A stretch of DNA of 63,994 bases, filler included, from Choristocarpus tenellus KU-1152 (taxonomy: Eukaryota > Protista > Phaeophyceae): the NCBI GenBank assembly GCA_964200185.2. It is 9 parts of 9 records of this genome, joined end to end, with 100 filler letters (N's around TTAATTAATTAA, not from the genome) between each part and the next. Parts side by side here need not be neighbours in the genome. Positions count along the whole stretch, not along the records: positions 7,571 to 33,348 come from CAXNAD020000175.1; 8 more parts are not named here. One strand, written 5' to 3'. The notes below the pieces were generated by a model. That model did not search any database. It was not told the DNA's origin and saw nothing but the letters and a program-made list of their open reading frames with translations. Each line of letters begins with the position of its first letter. Position 1 is the first letter of the stretch. The translations under genes and the position numbers were made by a program. Shown here piece after piece: positions 13,601 through 25,191 of this stretch.

Positions 13601-16600
13601 CAGCTCCTAGTATTCACATTATTTCCATGTGCCTGTAGACCATCTGAGGGCATTGGGGGTGAAAACCTAGACTGTGAGTATGGCGTAGGTCTATCTGCTG
13701 CATATACTCCCCACATGAGGGGAGGGGGATGACAAGGCCGAGGAAGGGGGAGGAGCATACAAATCGAACATAGAAGGAATCAGAGCCTGAGATTAAGCAC
13801 GCCATCCAACCATAAATAGAGGAGCGTGGTGATCATAGATTAAGCATGCACAGGAGCAGACAAGAGCGTACCCTCAGGTTTGAGTGCTCCTCTTTGGTGC
13901 TTGCTTGCGGCTTGTAGAAGGGGGAGACAAACCGATTTAACCATTGATAGGCGTGCTTGATCTCTGTGAGAAAGGGAACTTTGCGGGTGGCATAAATGGA
14001 GATGGGGGGTGGAGTGTTGTCGACAAACAAGGAGCCAGTAGTGTTCTGGACCAGGCCACAAGGAAGCAAGTGCTGGTTCAGGACAGGCAGTCAGAAGGGT
14101 TTGAGTGGGAGAGGGTTATTTCCAAAGTGTTTTGATTCTCAAACCCCCCTCCCTTTTTTTTGTTGGTTTGTGGATAAAACGTTTGAGTGAGGCAGGTCAT
14201 CAGTCACCGGTATGTCCAGCCGGGCAACCTTCGGCTCTGTAGCAAGGCTCGCAAGCTCTGGGAGAGGGAACCAACAGCAGAAGTATGGACCAGACACTGT
14301 TGCCCAACCACAGGCCATTGAGCCCCAGCATCAACCAACAACCAAGCACAAGAGTGGGTTTGTGGGGCTGAAGAACCTGGGGTGTATATGCTACATGAAC
14401 AGCACACTTCAGCAGGTACTTTGAGATGTAACTGTCACTTGACGTTTGTGTCTTGTGTCAAGTAGCCGCTTCCATGAAAGGATCTGTGGCATAGCTTGGG
14501 TTTTGCGCTGGGAAGGAAGTACACACGATCACACACAGCTTGAATTACACAACGTTTTTGTGGATTTCGGTCTGATTTCAGTGAGTCATGGGCAGAGGAG
14601 GTTCAGGTGTATATCAGTGTGGGTCTTGGGTGAGTTGAGGGGTTATGCTTGGGCCACTAGTGCTAATGCGAGCTGCCGAGGCACTTGCTTCTCTCACACA
14701 TCGCTGTGGACTGACCATCTTCTATTGGGATAACAAAAGGAGGCAAGCGGTCCTCTTGAGTGGCAATCAAGTCTCTCAGTCGTTTCATGACAGCATGTAC
14801 CTGCTGAAACACGTCGCAGCAACAGTTACATGCTTTGCGATCAATATGTGAAGCGCTTGAGCAGTTTGGTCCTCCTCTCACCGTCGTCAGAATGCGGTCG
14901 ATTTGGTTCTTGGGGGGGTGGCGATAGACCTTGCCCTTTGGTTTTTCCTTTTGTGCAGTTTTTTTTTTTTTAGTAGACGTTTGTTGTGTACTGACTCAGA
15001 CTGCTTTCTTGTGGTGCTATTTTCTCCTCTGTGGTATCCAGCTCTTCATGATGCCTGAGTTCCGTCAGGGTATCCTTTCTTTCCAGGATAGTGGAGACTT
15101 TGCTGAGGACAACCTCATGTACCACTTGCAAAACACCTTCAGTCACCTCCAGGTGAGTATCGGCTAGCACCTGCAGTTAGATGTGTTCACACCAAACCTT
15201 TCTTGTCTTCCTTGAGAGTTTCCGCTGCAATTATTGGTGCAAGGCAATCCGAATTCTAGTAACCCTATGGATGGTCACCTCGTCTGCCTTACTTGAGACC
15301 TGAGTAGTCAAAAACAAACGTACAGAATAGTAGCTAGGTAGGTTGTGTAGAATCTCAGAGGCATGGTGTTGATCCCTACCAAGCAATGCTCAGTACCCTT
15401 ACAGAGGGCGTGCCTGGGGAAGGGACATTGAAGGCTGTGGATTGTCCGGTGTTAACCTATGTCAATATTGACAAAACCTGCTGCTGTGTGTGTGTGTGTG
15501 TGTGTGTTGAATGTCATCTTAACCTCCTCTTCTTCTCCAAGCTAGGCCTTCGTTCTTCAGTAATGGTGTACTGAGTATATCCTGGTGGGGACACGAGCAA
15601 TCTCAGCTTGTCAAGAATATTCCTTTAATTCTTGAGAAAGAAGAGATTGTGTAAGAAACAATCAGATTATAGAAGGGACTGTGTTTGTATTCTGAAGTAT
15701 AGAAGGCAGGTACGTATAGAATGTGGAAGAGTTAGGAGTAGGAAACATTGTAACAAATAATCTGTGATTATTAATTTATGATCCACAGAATAGGATCGAT
15801 TTGGTCGCAAGGACCCCTCCCCTCCCCCTCCTTGGGCTAGACTAGAAGGCCCGCTCCTCCTTCCTCCTTCCTTATTTCATCTAGGACCTGTCCACCCCAG
15901 TAAGGAGTTAATCAAGTCATTTATATACACAAGTCTTGGGAAACATCAGTTTCTTTATCACAAGTGCTTTACTCTGGCATCATCTAGCCTTTTTTCTGGT
16001 CAGGTACTCTGTCTCTCAACTCTCTACCAGCAGTGTACATAGTGGCACAACAACAATGCCTAACACGAGTTAGCACCTACCGCTAGTTCAGATAGATGCA
16101 GATGCAGCAACAATAGTTGACACCCAATTCCATCTGCTCTACCTTTACGGCTTCTTGTTGCAGGAGTCACAGAAGGCGTACTTCAACCCAAAGGGGTTGG
16201 TTCGGGCTCTTCAAGATTGGGAGGGAGATCCGGTGGACGTGATGGTGCAACAGGATGCATCCGAGTTCCTCACACTCTTTTTCCAGCAGGTTAGTGCTTG
16301 TGATTGATGGTGCAGCAGTTCGAGTGTACATTCAAGGCCTGCTGCTGGGGTCTTGGGACAAAGTATCAACTCATTTTTAATAAAGTTCTGGAAGTTTTTG
16401 TCCATAGAAGGAACTGACTCTGTTGCTACTTTTGAAAGAGTGACATGTGTTGGTGTTTGCTGCACCCAACCATGTTGAAAGCCGTTGCTGGCATTGTTTT
16501 GTTCTTGCATGGTTGAAGAGGACAGAATGACAGGCTGGGAGAGTTGATATTGCATGGAACAGCCGTTCTTGTTGGATATGTTAATGTTTGCTTTGTTGTG

Positions 16601-16630
16601 GACATGTAAAAGGGAGGGATTTCACTGACA

Positions 16631-16666
<36 letters not shown>

Positions 16667-19600
16667 TGGTCAAAGTATTGCTTTTGAACTCCTTTGTTTT
16701 CACCAAGGTTGATAAGTACATTGTCAATGCTTCCAACCATTGGTGTTGCTGAACTGACCCCCTCAGGTGGAGGGTTGTGTCATGGGTTCTCCCTGGGAGA
16801 ATCTGCTCAAGGAGACCTTTGGTGGAGTGTACAGCAATGAGCTCCTAGCTGAAGGTGGACGCTACAGTGAACGTCCGGAGCCGTTTTCGTACATCTCTGT
16901 TGAGGTAGGATTCACCACGGTCCTGGTTTCGTATATGCATTCATGAAAAACCTCTCAGTCGATCTATGAACCAGGTCCATCTTGTTGGTAATGTCAATGC
17001 CTACTAGTAGTCTTCAGTGCTCCCAGTCTGTCTTTGCTTGTTTTCCAGGTCAAGAACATGAAGACCCTTCATGAAGCACTGGCCATCTTTACAAAGGAGG
17101 AGACTGTGAGCTATAAGTGGGATTCCCTCCAGGACCAAGAAACAGGTGAGGGTTATTGGTCGCAGCTCTATTTCGTATGGTCCTTTGAGAAGACTAGGTT
17201 GTGGATGCTGACGGGGAATCAACAATCGACAGACACTATCGAAGTGCTAATTTGTACCATGACTCTACACTCTACTCTAGACCAGTAAGATAATTGAAGA
17301 AGAATGTGTGTTCTAGACTTTAAGGCTAAGGAAATGCCTTGGAGTCTGCCTACAGAATGCACAACTTCAAAATGATCCCTCGTGGTGTTGTTGAACTTGC
17401 CTCCTCCTGTATGACCTCTTTTGACATTGTTTTTTTCTGGCTCCCCCATCTTCCGCAAATGTTGCCCTTGCCTGTGAAGGCGAGAAGGAGAAGATCACTC
17501 TGAGCACGCAAAAGCAGTGCTCCATCAAGGTGTTGCCAAAGCACCTCATAATACACCTCAAGCGATTTGGATTTGACTTCGACAATATGCAGCAGACGAA
17601 GGTACACCTTTTTTATGGTGCTGATAATGAAAACAAATATATATAATATATATATCCTTGGATGTGGCCTTTAACTGCTCTTCTTGGATGATTCCACGTA
17701 CAGTTACAAATATGTCAGTAGGCCTTTAACTGCTGATGACTGTCGCACTCGCTCTCCTTTGTTTTACTCAGATCAATGACCGCCTTGAGTTCCCTACTGA
17801 GCTCGACATGTTCCCTTACACAAAGGATGGGATTGCTGCTGCCAGGTTTGCCAAGGCTGAAGGGTCAGACCAACCTGAGGCGAGTCTGATCCCTTTTCAC
17901 ACCTGAGGAGTTCTGTGTGATGTGTAGACTAGACTGTCGATTTGATCTCGTCCTTTCTTACTACTTTGCTTGTGCCTGCTGGGCAGTCAAGACTGGAAAC
18001 GCCTTATTGGTTGAATTGTGTTACCGTATATTTATTATAGATTTATTTTCTTCACAAGGTGTGGGTAACATGCGGGGAAGGAAACGTCTGTTGCCTTTGT
18101 AGTTTTTGTAAGTCTTAAGTAAGTATAAATGGTCATGAACCAAAGTACAAGGCATAATGGAAACAATTACTGAGGAGAGTGCAGGCTTCTTACTGCTGTA
18201 TCCTATCAAATTTTAACCTGTGTGTGTGTCGGGTTGTTTTACAAAACATGGTGGGAACATGGTGGGAACATGGTGGGCGTGGCATGTAGAGTGGTCATCC
18301 ACTTCAAGGCAACAATAGTGTCAAGCCCAAGGCGTACTACCAATACAACTTAGCAGGAGTTGTGGTGCACATGGGCACGGCAAACTCAGGACACTATTAC
18401 AGCTACATCTCTCCGAGGGATGGGGAAGGAGAATGGATTGAATTCAATGACACAGTGGTGGAAGAGTTTGACCCAAAGGTGAGGGCCTGCCTTGTTGTTT
18501 TTCCTGTCATGTATTGTGCTCCTTGACCTTTGTCAAGCTTTCTCTTTCATCTCCTCTGTATCTCCTAGTTCCTGCTGGTACTAAGAGTGTGATGAAGTCT
18601 CATGAAGAAAAGAGTTTGACCCTCAGGTGAGGGCTTCCTTCGTCGACTGCCATACCATGTAGTAACTTGGCCGTTTGTTCTAGTCCGATTTTTCATCTCT
18701 CTGTAGTTGTGCATTTTTGTACCAATACTAAAGAAAAGAGTTAGAAAGTGTCATGGAGTGCTTTGCGCCTCTTGTCCTTCATTGACCCAACTACAGGGAG
18801 GAGATCTCCCGTCGCACACTTTCTGAAACACCATTGACACTGTTACCTGCCACTGGGATGCCATACCGCTACTACATCTTTGGGGTCATTTGTGCCCTTT
18901 CAGGACCTCGAGGCAGAGTGCTTTGGTGGCGAGGAGAGGGTTACGTTCGGCATGGACACACGCTACAACAAGCAGCCTCCTTCGACCTCTGAGCGCATGA
19001 GGGAGCGCAATAGAAATGCTTTCCTTTTGGTATACGACCATGTCCCTATCTCTCAAGATGAAAGTAGGGAAGAGAGTGAAAGGGTGACTGATGCTGTGGA
19101 GTCAGCCTCGTCGCGAGCGGCGTGCGTGATAAATAATCGGGAATTGGCTCCACGGTCGATGGGGAAGCAGAGGAGGTTCAGAGCACATGTGCCCGATGCC
19201 ATCATGAGCGCAATCCAGCAAGAAAACCTTGACTTTTGGAGGTGAGCAATAGGAGGACTGCCACGTGTTGGCATGCAGGTGTTGTGTCTTAACGTGTGAC
19301 TATGTTGGCATGCAGGTGTTGTGGCTATGTAGAAAAGTGGCGCATACCATGCACTGCAGTGTCTTTGTTTAGTGTCGTGTCTTAACTACGGGCATTCGGC
19401 ACAGTCAGGAGTAGTGAAGTATGATATCTCGTGCTAGGTAATGCTTTTACATGGAGCACCGGAGTTTGGAAAGGAGGTCGCAAGTTTTTTTAGTCCTTGC
19501 AAGGCGTCTTTTTGGAGCACAATTCTGACTTCCTCCTGTTACACGCCCCGTATCGGCCGCCAACGTGGGACAGAACACAAAATGTGCTGGATAAGCACAA

Positions 19601-22600
19601 CTATGAGTTCATGTACAAGCTGTTGGTGCAGAGTGTGGACAGGAACGAGGGGAAGGCAGATGAAGAGATGCTACAGCTGGCTGCACGGTAGGTTGTGTTG
19701 CCCCTATCCGGTCGTGTGTTGCAGTTCAGGCCCATAATCCTTTTGTGGTGATCGATCTTGTGGGTCTTGTCACATGGACAGCATGTTTTGATCACATGAA
19801 TTACGTCGGTGATGTGTTGTTTTGTCTATGCTCATGAATGAACATCGAAACCTCCCTTTGCTGTACATCGCTATAAACCCACAGGCTTGCATTGGGCACT
19901 CTTGTGCAGGCTGAAGAGGACGAGCTGCTGGCTCAATGGACACACACTCTCATTGGACTCTTCCCGAAGCAGCCAAGGAGTTGTGAGTGGTTGCTTGGAG
20001 AGGTTAGTAGGGAAGTCAGCACGTTTGAGGATCTGGTGCTGGGGTCTGGCAGCTTGTGGTCCAGAGTGAGAGAGCTGCTGCAAGTGGCTATCACAGCGGC
20101 ATCCATAACTACTCCTGGAGGTACTCCTCAGGCAAGTTTGTTCAAACAGGAAGAGGTAGGTAGGGATGTTTTGATTCTTTTACTTTGCCTCCAAATGTTG
20201 ATTTGTTGGAAGCCTGAATTATGTCTGACCTCAAAGTTGTCCTTCCATTTCAATAAAAACGAAACCAGGGGGATTTAAGAGCCGTCAGGAAGTCTTCGAA
20301 TAGACTGGCAGTAGGTGGGGGTCAACCCGCGTCTAAGACAGCAGGGGCTGTTGAAGAAAGGGCTCCTACAGCTGGTAGAGTACCTGCTGTGGGAGAGATG
20401 CCTCCCGTGCCTCAGTTCATTGCGACCTGCCTGGATCTATTGTCTGCTTCCCAGGTATACCCACATCTTGTGGGTGTCAAGACCAATGTCATCTACCACC
20501 ATAACCTCTTCTTGTCACGGAAGGGACACGCTGAGATCGTCCCCCTATTGGCTACCAGTAGTAGCAGTTCGTTGTTTGAATCTTTGCCGTAGCCCATTCC
20601 AATCTTTTTTTTTATGTCAACGCCAAAACCTTTAGAGGCCATCTATCACCGCCTCACCAATGCTCTGCTGTCTGATTATCTCTTGCTGGTGTTGGTGGCG
20701 CCTTGCACAGGTGGAATGGGAACGAGTCTCACAGCTCTGCTCACTTCTTGCTACATTTGCAAATGCTGGAAGTGAGCAAAGGGGACTCCTCTTGTCTCAA
20801 GGGGCGCTTAAGTGTGCCATGTCTCTATTTCTAGCAGAGGAGTGGCACTTTTCAAGGCACCTTGGAGCACCCCCTCAGCGGGGAGAGGGTGCAGTGGGGA
20901 AAACGAGCGGCCTGTTGCTTCCAAGCTCAAAGGCGGTGCCAGTGGCTGATCTTGAGGATCAGGTGATGATGCTTTTGTTTTTGGAAGGGAGTGCACTTTT
21001 TATTTGTCAGTGTAGTTTGTGTTTTGGCAGCATGCTTTTGATGTATTCCTTACTGTTTAGCTTGCCCTGTATCAAGTACCGTCCGTGTAAGGAATACATG
21101 TCAATGTAGTAGTACCTTCTTCTACTCGTGTAGTCGTTGCAAATACAGATTCTGATATATGGGTGAGGTTTAAGGGGGTTTTGTGTCGTGTGCGATCTAT
21201 TCCTCAGCAAGGCCCATGGTTTCTGAAGTGACAGCGAGCAGGACCTTTCGGGTTCAGTGAGGGAGGGGTTCATGGGTTGTTGCTTAGAAGGAATGCTACC
21301 TCTTCAACAGAAATACACATATGATTAACACACCGTAAGCCAGACTTCAGCAGTGTCTCCCTATGTGCTATCTTCAACTCAAGAACGGATTGCAAGCTTA
21401 ATAGTGTTTCTACCATTTTTTTGTGGTTGAGTAGCACCTTTTGCCGGTGCTACCCCCCAATAATGGTTCACTATAGAGGTGTTGTTCTGAACGCGGTTCA
21501 CTATTTATCGCAGGATTCCTTTGCACTGGTGTCAGTGATGGCTCCTCTGCTGAGAGCATCTCTTCTGAATTTTGGTGACAGTGAGGAGGATGGGAATGAT
21601 GGGGGAGATCAGCAAGGATCCATGGAGGAGGCTGTGGTGTCAAGCCAGGGGATCAGGGAGAGTTCACCTTTCATGCTTGATCCGCAGGCAACAATGAGTT
21701 CAGCAGAAGAGCAGGCAAGCCTTTTCGTAGGATGGGAAACAGGCTGTGACTCTTTTTGGTCTAATCTAGGCTAAATTGTTACCAATTTTTGATGTAATAA
21801 GACAGCTTGATGCAAATCCTAGGTGTGGTCCTGGACTCAAGTGCTGGATCAAACTCAAGCCTTGATAGCGTTCTTAGGGCTAATTTATAGCGAACTCATC
21901 AATAATCTACCCCTAGACCTATATTTGATATGAGATATATTTCTGATGTGCCCTGACGAACCTGTTATCTTGTACGTTGTCTTGATACATAGATACTCAC
22001 ATCTCCGGCCTTTATTTATCAGCTAGTGAGAGCACTGGGACCACCATGGCCTGAACGAGAATTAGATGCGATAATAGGGCACATGTGCTGGCGGAACAAG
22101 GTAGGTTTGATCAGGCAATAAAGTTGGAGAGCTCTGTTGGTTCAATGAAGTTGTTTGTGTCTTTTTGAGTTATAGAGTAAAAGTCCTTGTCTCCTTTGGC
22201 TAAGGAAGTCTTATCGCTGTGCATACTACGCAGCAAGCAGAAGGCAGAGTGTATTAAGAATGATCTGTTAGCATATCGTACCATATTAGCATATCGTACC
22301 ATATATATGTAGCCATCACATTCTTCCTGAAGTCTTTGCGATCTATCTTTGCAATCAATCCCCCTTTTGCACGTGTTGGGTTCTTTAATATCCTGGGGGG
22401 CGTCGTCATAGTAAGCCATGTTGAAGTTTGACGGATTTGTTGTAAAACACGCCATAATCAGTGTGTAGTGTTATCGCTCCTACCGAGCAGTGCCCTGGCC
22501 CTTGGTTTGTTGTGGGTTCTGCCTATCACAAACGTGAATCTGGACACAAGCAGTCCACTCTCAGTGCACCACGTCTAGCTTTGGCAAGAATCGTGCTTGG

Positions 22601-25191
22601 ATATTGGGGTCAGACTTCAGTCGGTATATGGTGGAAGGTCAAACAAAGAGACACACCATGATTCAGATGCACCCAGGGTACACATTCACCCCTTGTGGAA
22701 GACAAGCAAAGAGAGATCGTGAGGACTCTTTGATATTCCATTCCATCTACTCACATCGATTTTTCTCAAAAAGGGAAGGTTTCAGTTTAGCTTGTGTCCG
22801 TAAGCTTCTGGAAAGTGTCCTTTTGGGTATGATATGTTGTGAGAGATAGCTGCAGGTGAAGATGGAGAGGGAATAGTCTGTCTGCGTAGAGGAGGATGCA
22901 CTGTCATCTTTTGTGTTCCACTTGGTGTTGTTGGGGAAGTGCGCCAGATTATGACTTACCTTTTTTTTTTTAACCTATACCTTTGATCTCCTTGCGCCGC
23001 TTGACTCTGGCAGCTCATGTCCCAGCTTGTGTTGAATGTTACCTGTCGGGGAGTGGACACTCAGCACGACTCGGAGGCTCACCTCTCTAAACCAAGCTTT
23101 CGGGCTTTGATTTTGATGTTTACAAAGGTGGGCTTTGTGTGTGTGTCAGTGTAACAGTGTCACATTGTCACAGTTAGGCTGTACTGATGTTTTGTCTATT
23201 TCCACATTCCTATGCTAGATGAAGTCATCCAATGGAACTAAGATGGAGTAGGTGTTGATACTAGTACATGTTGATATCACATGTTTGGCTGTGATGAAAA
23301 AAGAGGAAAAAGAAAAACATGTCTGATATGGAAATGTGTTGCAACTGGAATGGCCAGGTGACCGATGGTTTATTGAGGTGGCGTGTTGAGACAGCTATGC
23401 CAAAACTTCTTGCTGCGATGGAGGACCAAAAGGACCTCGTTGGTGCTACAGAACAGGTTTGTTGCATGACAAGCATGTTTGATGTAGTGAGTAGCTGAGG
23501 TGGTTGGTTGTAGTTTCATGGAAACCTTGCTCTCTCTTTGTTCAGGAAGTTACAAAGTATCTCAAAAGATGCGATGGTGTAGAATATATCACCCCCAAGC
23601 TTGCCCCCCCCCCCTGCCTCCTACCTCTTTGTTTTTTTTCTGTGATTTTGTCTATCCCCTTGGTATTCGATGTCCATCCTTCAACACACTACCTATCAGA
23701 AAGTTGACGCCTTGCATGAGGCGGGCGGTGATGGTGGGCTTGATATTTTTTTGTTTTCAGGAACAGACCACAGGGTTCCTGTTTGTTGGAGATGTGCATA
23801 GATGAGACAAGTTTTAATGGTGAGTCTACCATTGATCGGAAAGCTGCTACAAGGTGAATTAGGGGGTAGTGGTGCCAAAAAGCTCAGAGTTCAGATCTGA
23901 GACAATCTGCAGTACATCAATAAAATGTGGTTTGGATCATTCTTCACATCGATAGGTCCACCTTTGTGTAATTTTTATGTCAAAAAAACTTTGTTGTCAA
24001 AGTTTGTTCCATACTATTATTGGACTGTATACTTCATTTTGCATATTCTCAGGTTTGAGTGTTCCACACTAGAGCTGCACCCTGTTGTGTATGGCTCTCG
24101 CTCCAGTACCATAACTTGTAATCTGTTTCCCCCATTTTCCACTTCAGGCAATCGAGATGCTGGTTCGTATGACCAAGGCTTCTGCCGAAGTGAGGAGGTG
24201 GTTAGCAGATAACAACCAGGAGTTGGAATGGGTGAGAGAAGTACCCATTGGTCCAAAGTCTTTGTCCTGCCTTTATGCACAGCTCTGTCCATGTGAAATG
24301 ATACCATGGCAGCGTTTGTCAAGCTTGGTACTGAAGTTAACGCCAAGCCCACCTTCTTGGCCCTTCTTCGCCATTCCTCCGGGTTGTCTTCTAAGATGGA
24401 GATATGGCTGCATCGCGCTGTCAATGCCAATAAGAAGGGAGGGCGATTGACCCAGGGACAGCGCCGGGATGCTACATTTAAGGGTGGAGGCACTGTGGGT
24501 GGGCACATGCAAGAGGGTCATCCAAGGAACACTGGACCCCCTACAAGTGCTACACTCTGCCCCAGGGTAGGTAACACGCCGTTTGACAGTGGCTATTTAT
24601 TTATCCTCTTCATAGTTTCAACATTGCATTGGACTGTAATGTGTCAAAGAATTGGAATGTCCTTTGAAGCATCGGGCCGTTGCTAATGATATGTTCTTGA
24701 TGTCTTCTTGGTACAGGTGAGTAGCGCATCGTCTTGGCACCAAGTTGCTTACTTCAACGTTCAAGCACTTGCTCAAGGCCTTGATATTCCTGACAGAGGG
24801 TATGACAGTGATGATGACCCTCGAGAACTGGTTGGAAAGCGAATCAGGGTGAGATATTGCTTGACTCTGTTAGCAAGGATCTCTCTCTTGATTGAACATT
24901 TGTACATTTTGAGGTCCAGCTCCAACACAGTTTTTTGTGCTTCTCCTCGGTACAGTACTTACTACTAGTGCTTTAGTTCATGCCCTTCTTCTTGCAGTGC
25001 CTGATTTCACATCCCTAACCCTTCCCCCTTTTATCCTCCAGGTTCGGTGGGCGGGGCACAAGTGGTACTTCGGGGAGGTGACAAAATACGACACAGTCAC
25101 TTTCGAGCACACAGTGGTATATGATGACAGTGACGTTCGTCAGTATGTCATGCGAGAGAAGAACTGGGTATTGGACGATTCAAAGTCCTAG
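7604..25191 (+). CDS. USP9X/USP24/USP34-type ubiquitin-specific protease (peptidase C19) with C-terminal Tudor domain; 5' partial, ~1400 codons
   Basis: Frame-consistent exon chain: 7604-7697 (tentative), 8165-8359, 9077-9127, 9725-9855, 10536-10782, 11447-11554, 12833-12927, 14196-14415, 15042-15152, 16164-16289, 16767-16904, 17049-17145, 17480-17601, 17772-17879, 18290-18478, 18904-19241, 19574-19687, 19885-20131/20155, 20269-20454, 20711-20962, 21514-21714, 21993-22100, 23014-23127, 23358-23456, 24148-24231, 24396-24566, 24717-24848, 25042-25191 (TAG). Motifs: PKCKNRGSRTVAFKLLAEL (clade-typical pre-catalytic motif), Cys box, QQDASEF, LPKHLIIHLKRF, INDRLEFP, His box, ECFGGE, NAFLLVY. Confidence 0.95.
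9907..9985. repeat. 20-bp tandem repeat x4 (TTTAGTCTACAGTAGTACAG), intronic
   Basis: Direct inspection. Confidence 0.95.
10953..11089. repeat. 12-bp tandem repeat x~11 (TTTGGTACTTAC), intronic
   Basis: Direct inspection; it produces the spurious TYFG, LVLT and STKV repeat ORFs. Confidence 0.95.
14196..14415 (+). CDS. USP exon with catalytic Cys box
   Basis: GFVGLKNLGCICYMNSTLQQ|gtact; catalytic Cys codon at 14389-14391. Confidence 0.95.
18290..18478 (+). CDS. USP exon with His box and Asn-Asp motif (absent from the ORF track)
   Basis: YQYNLAGVVVHMGTANSGHYYSYISPRDGEGEWIEFNDTVVEEFDPK|gtgag; His at 18392-18394, Asp at 18449-18451. Confidence 0.95.
24717..25191 (+). CDS. Last two USP exons (24717-24848, 25042-25191) encoding a Tudor/Agenet-like domain
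   Basis: ELVGKRIR/VRWAGHKWYFGEVTKYDTVTFEHTVVYDDSDVRQYVMREKNW resembles the LVG.RI.V.W....(W/F)Y.G.V..(Y/F)D....H.V.YDDGD pattern of plant PDS5/MSH6-type Tudor domains. Confidence 0.85.

Noticed and set aside
24017-24508. 163-aa minus-strand ORF
   Set aside because: Antisense to two USP exons, with no motif or splice support.
350-25191. DUF599, CWF19L2 and USP as a co-oriented functional gene cluster
   Set aside because: They lie on different contigs separated by artificial linkers, and each is truncated at a linker.
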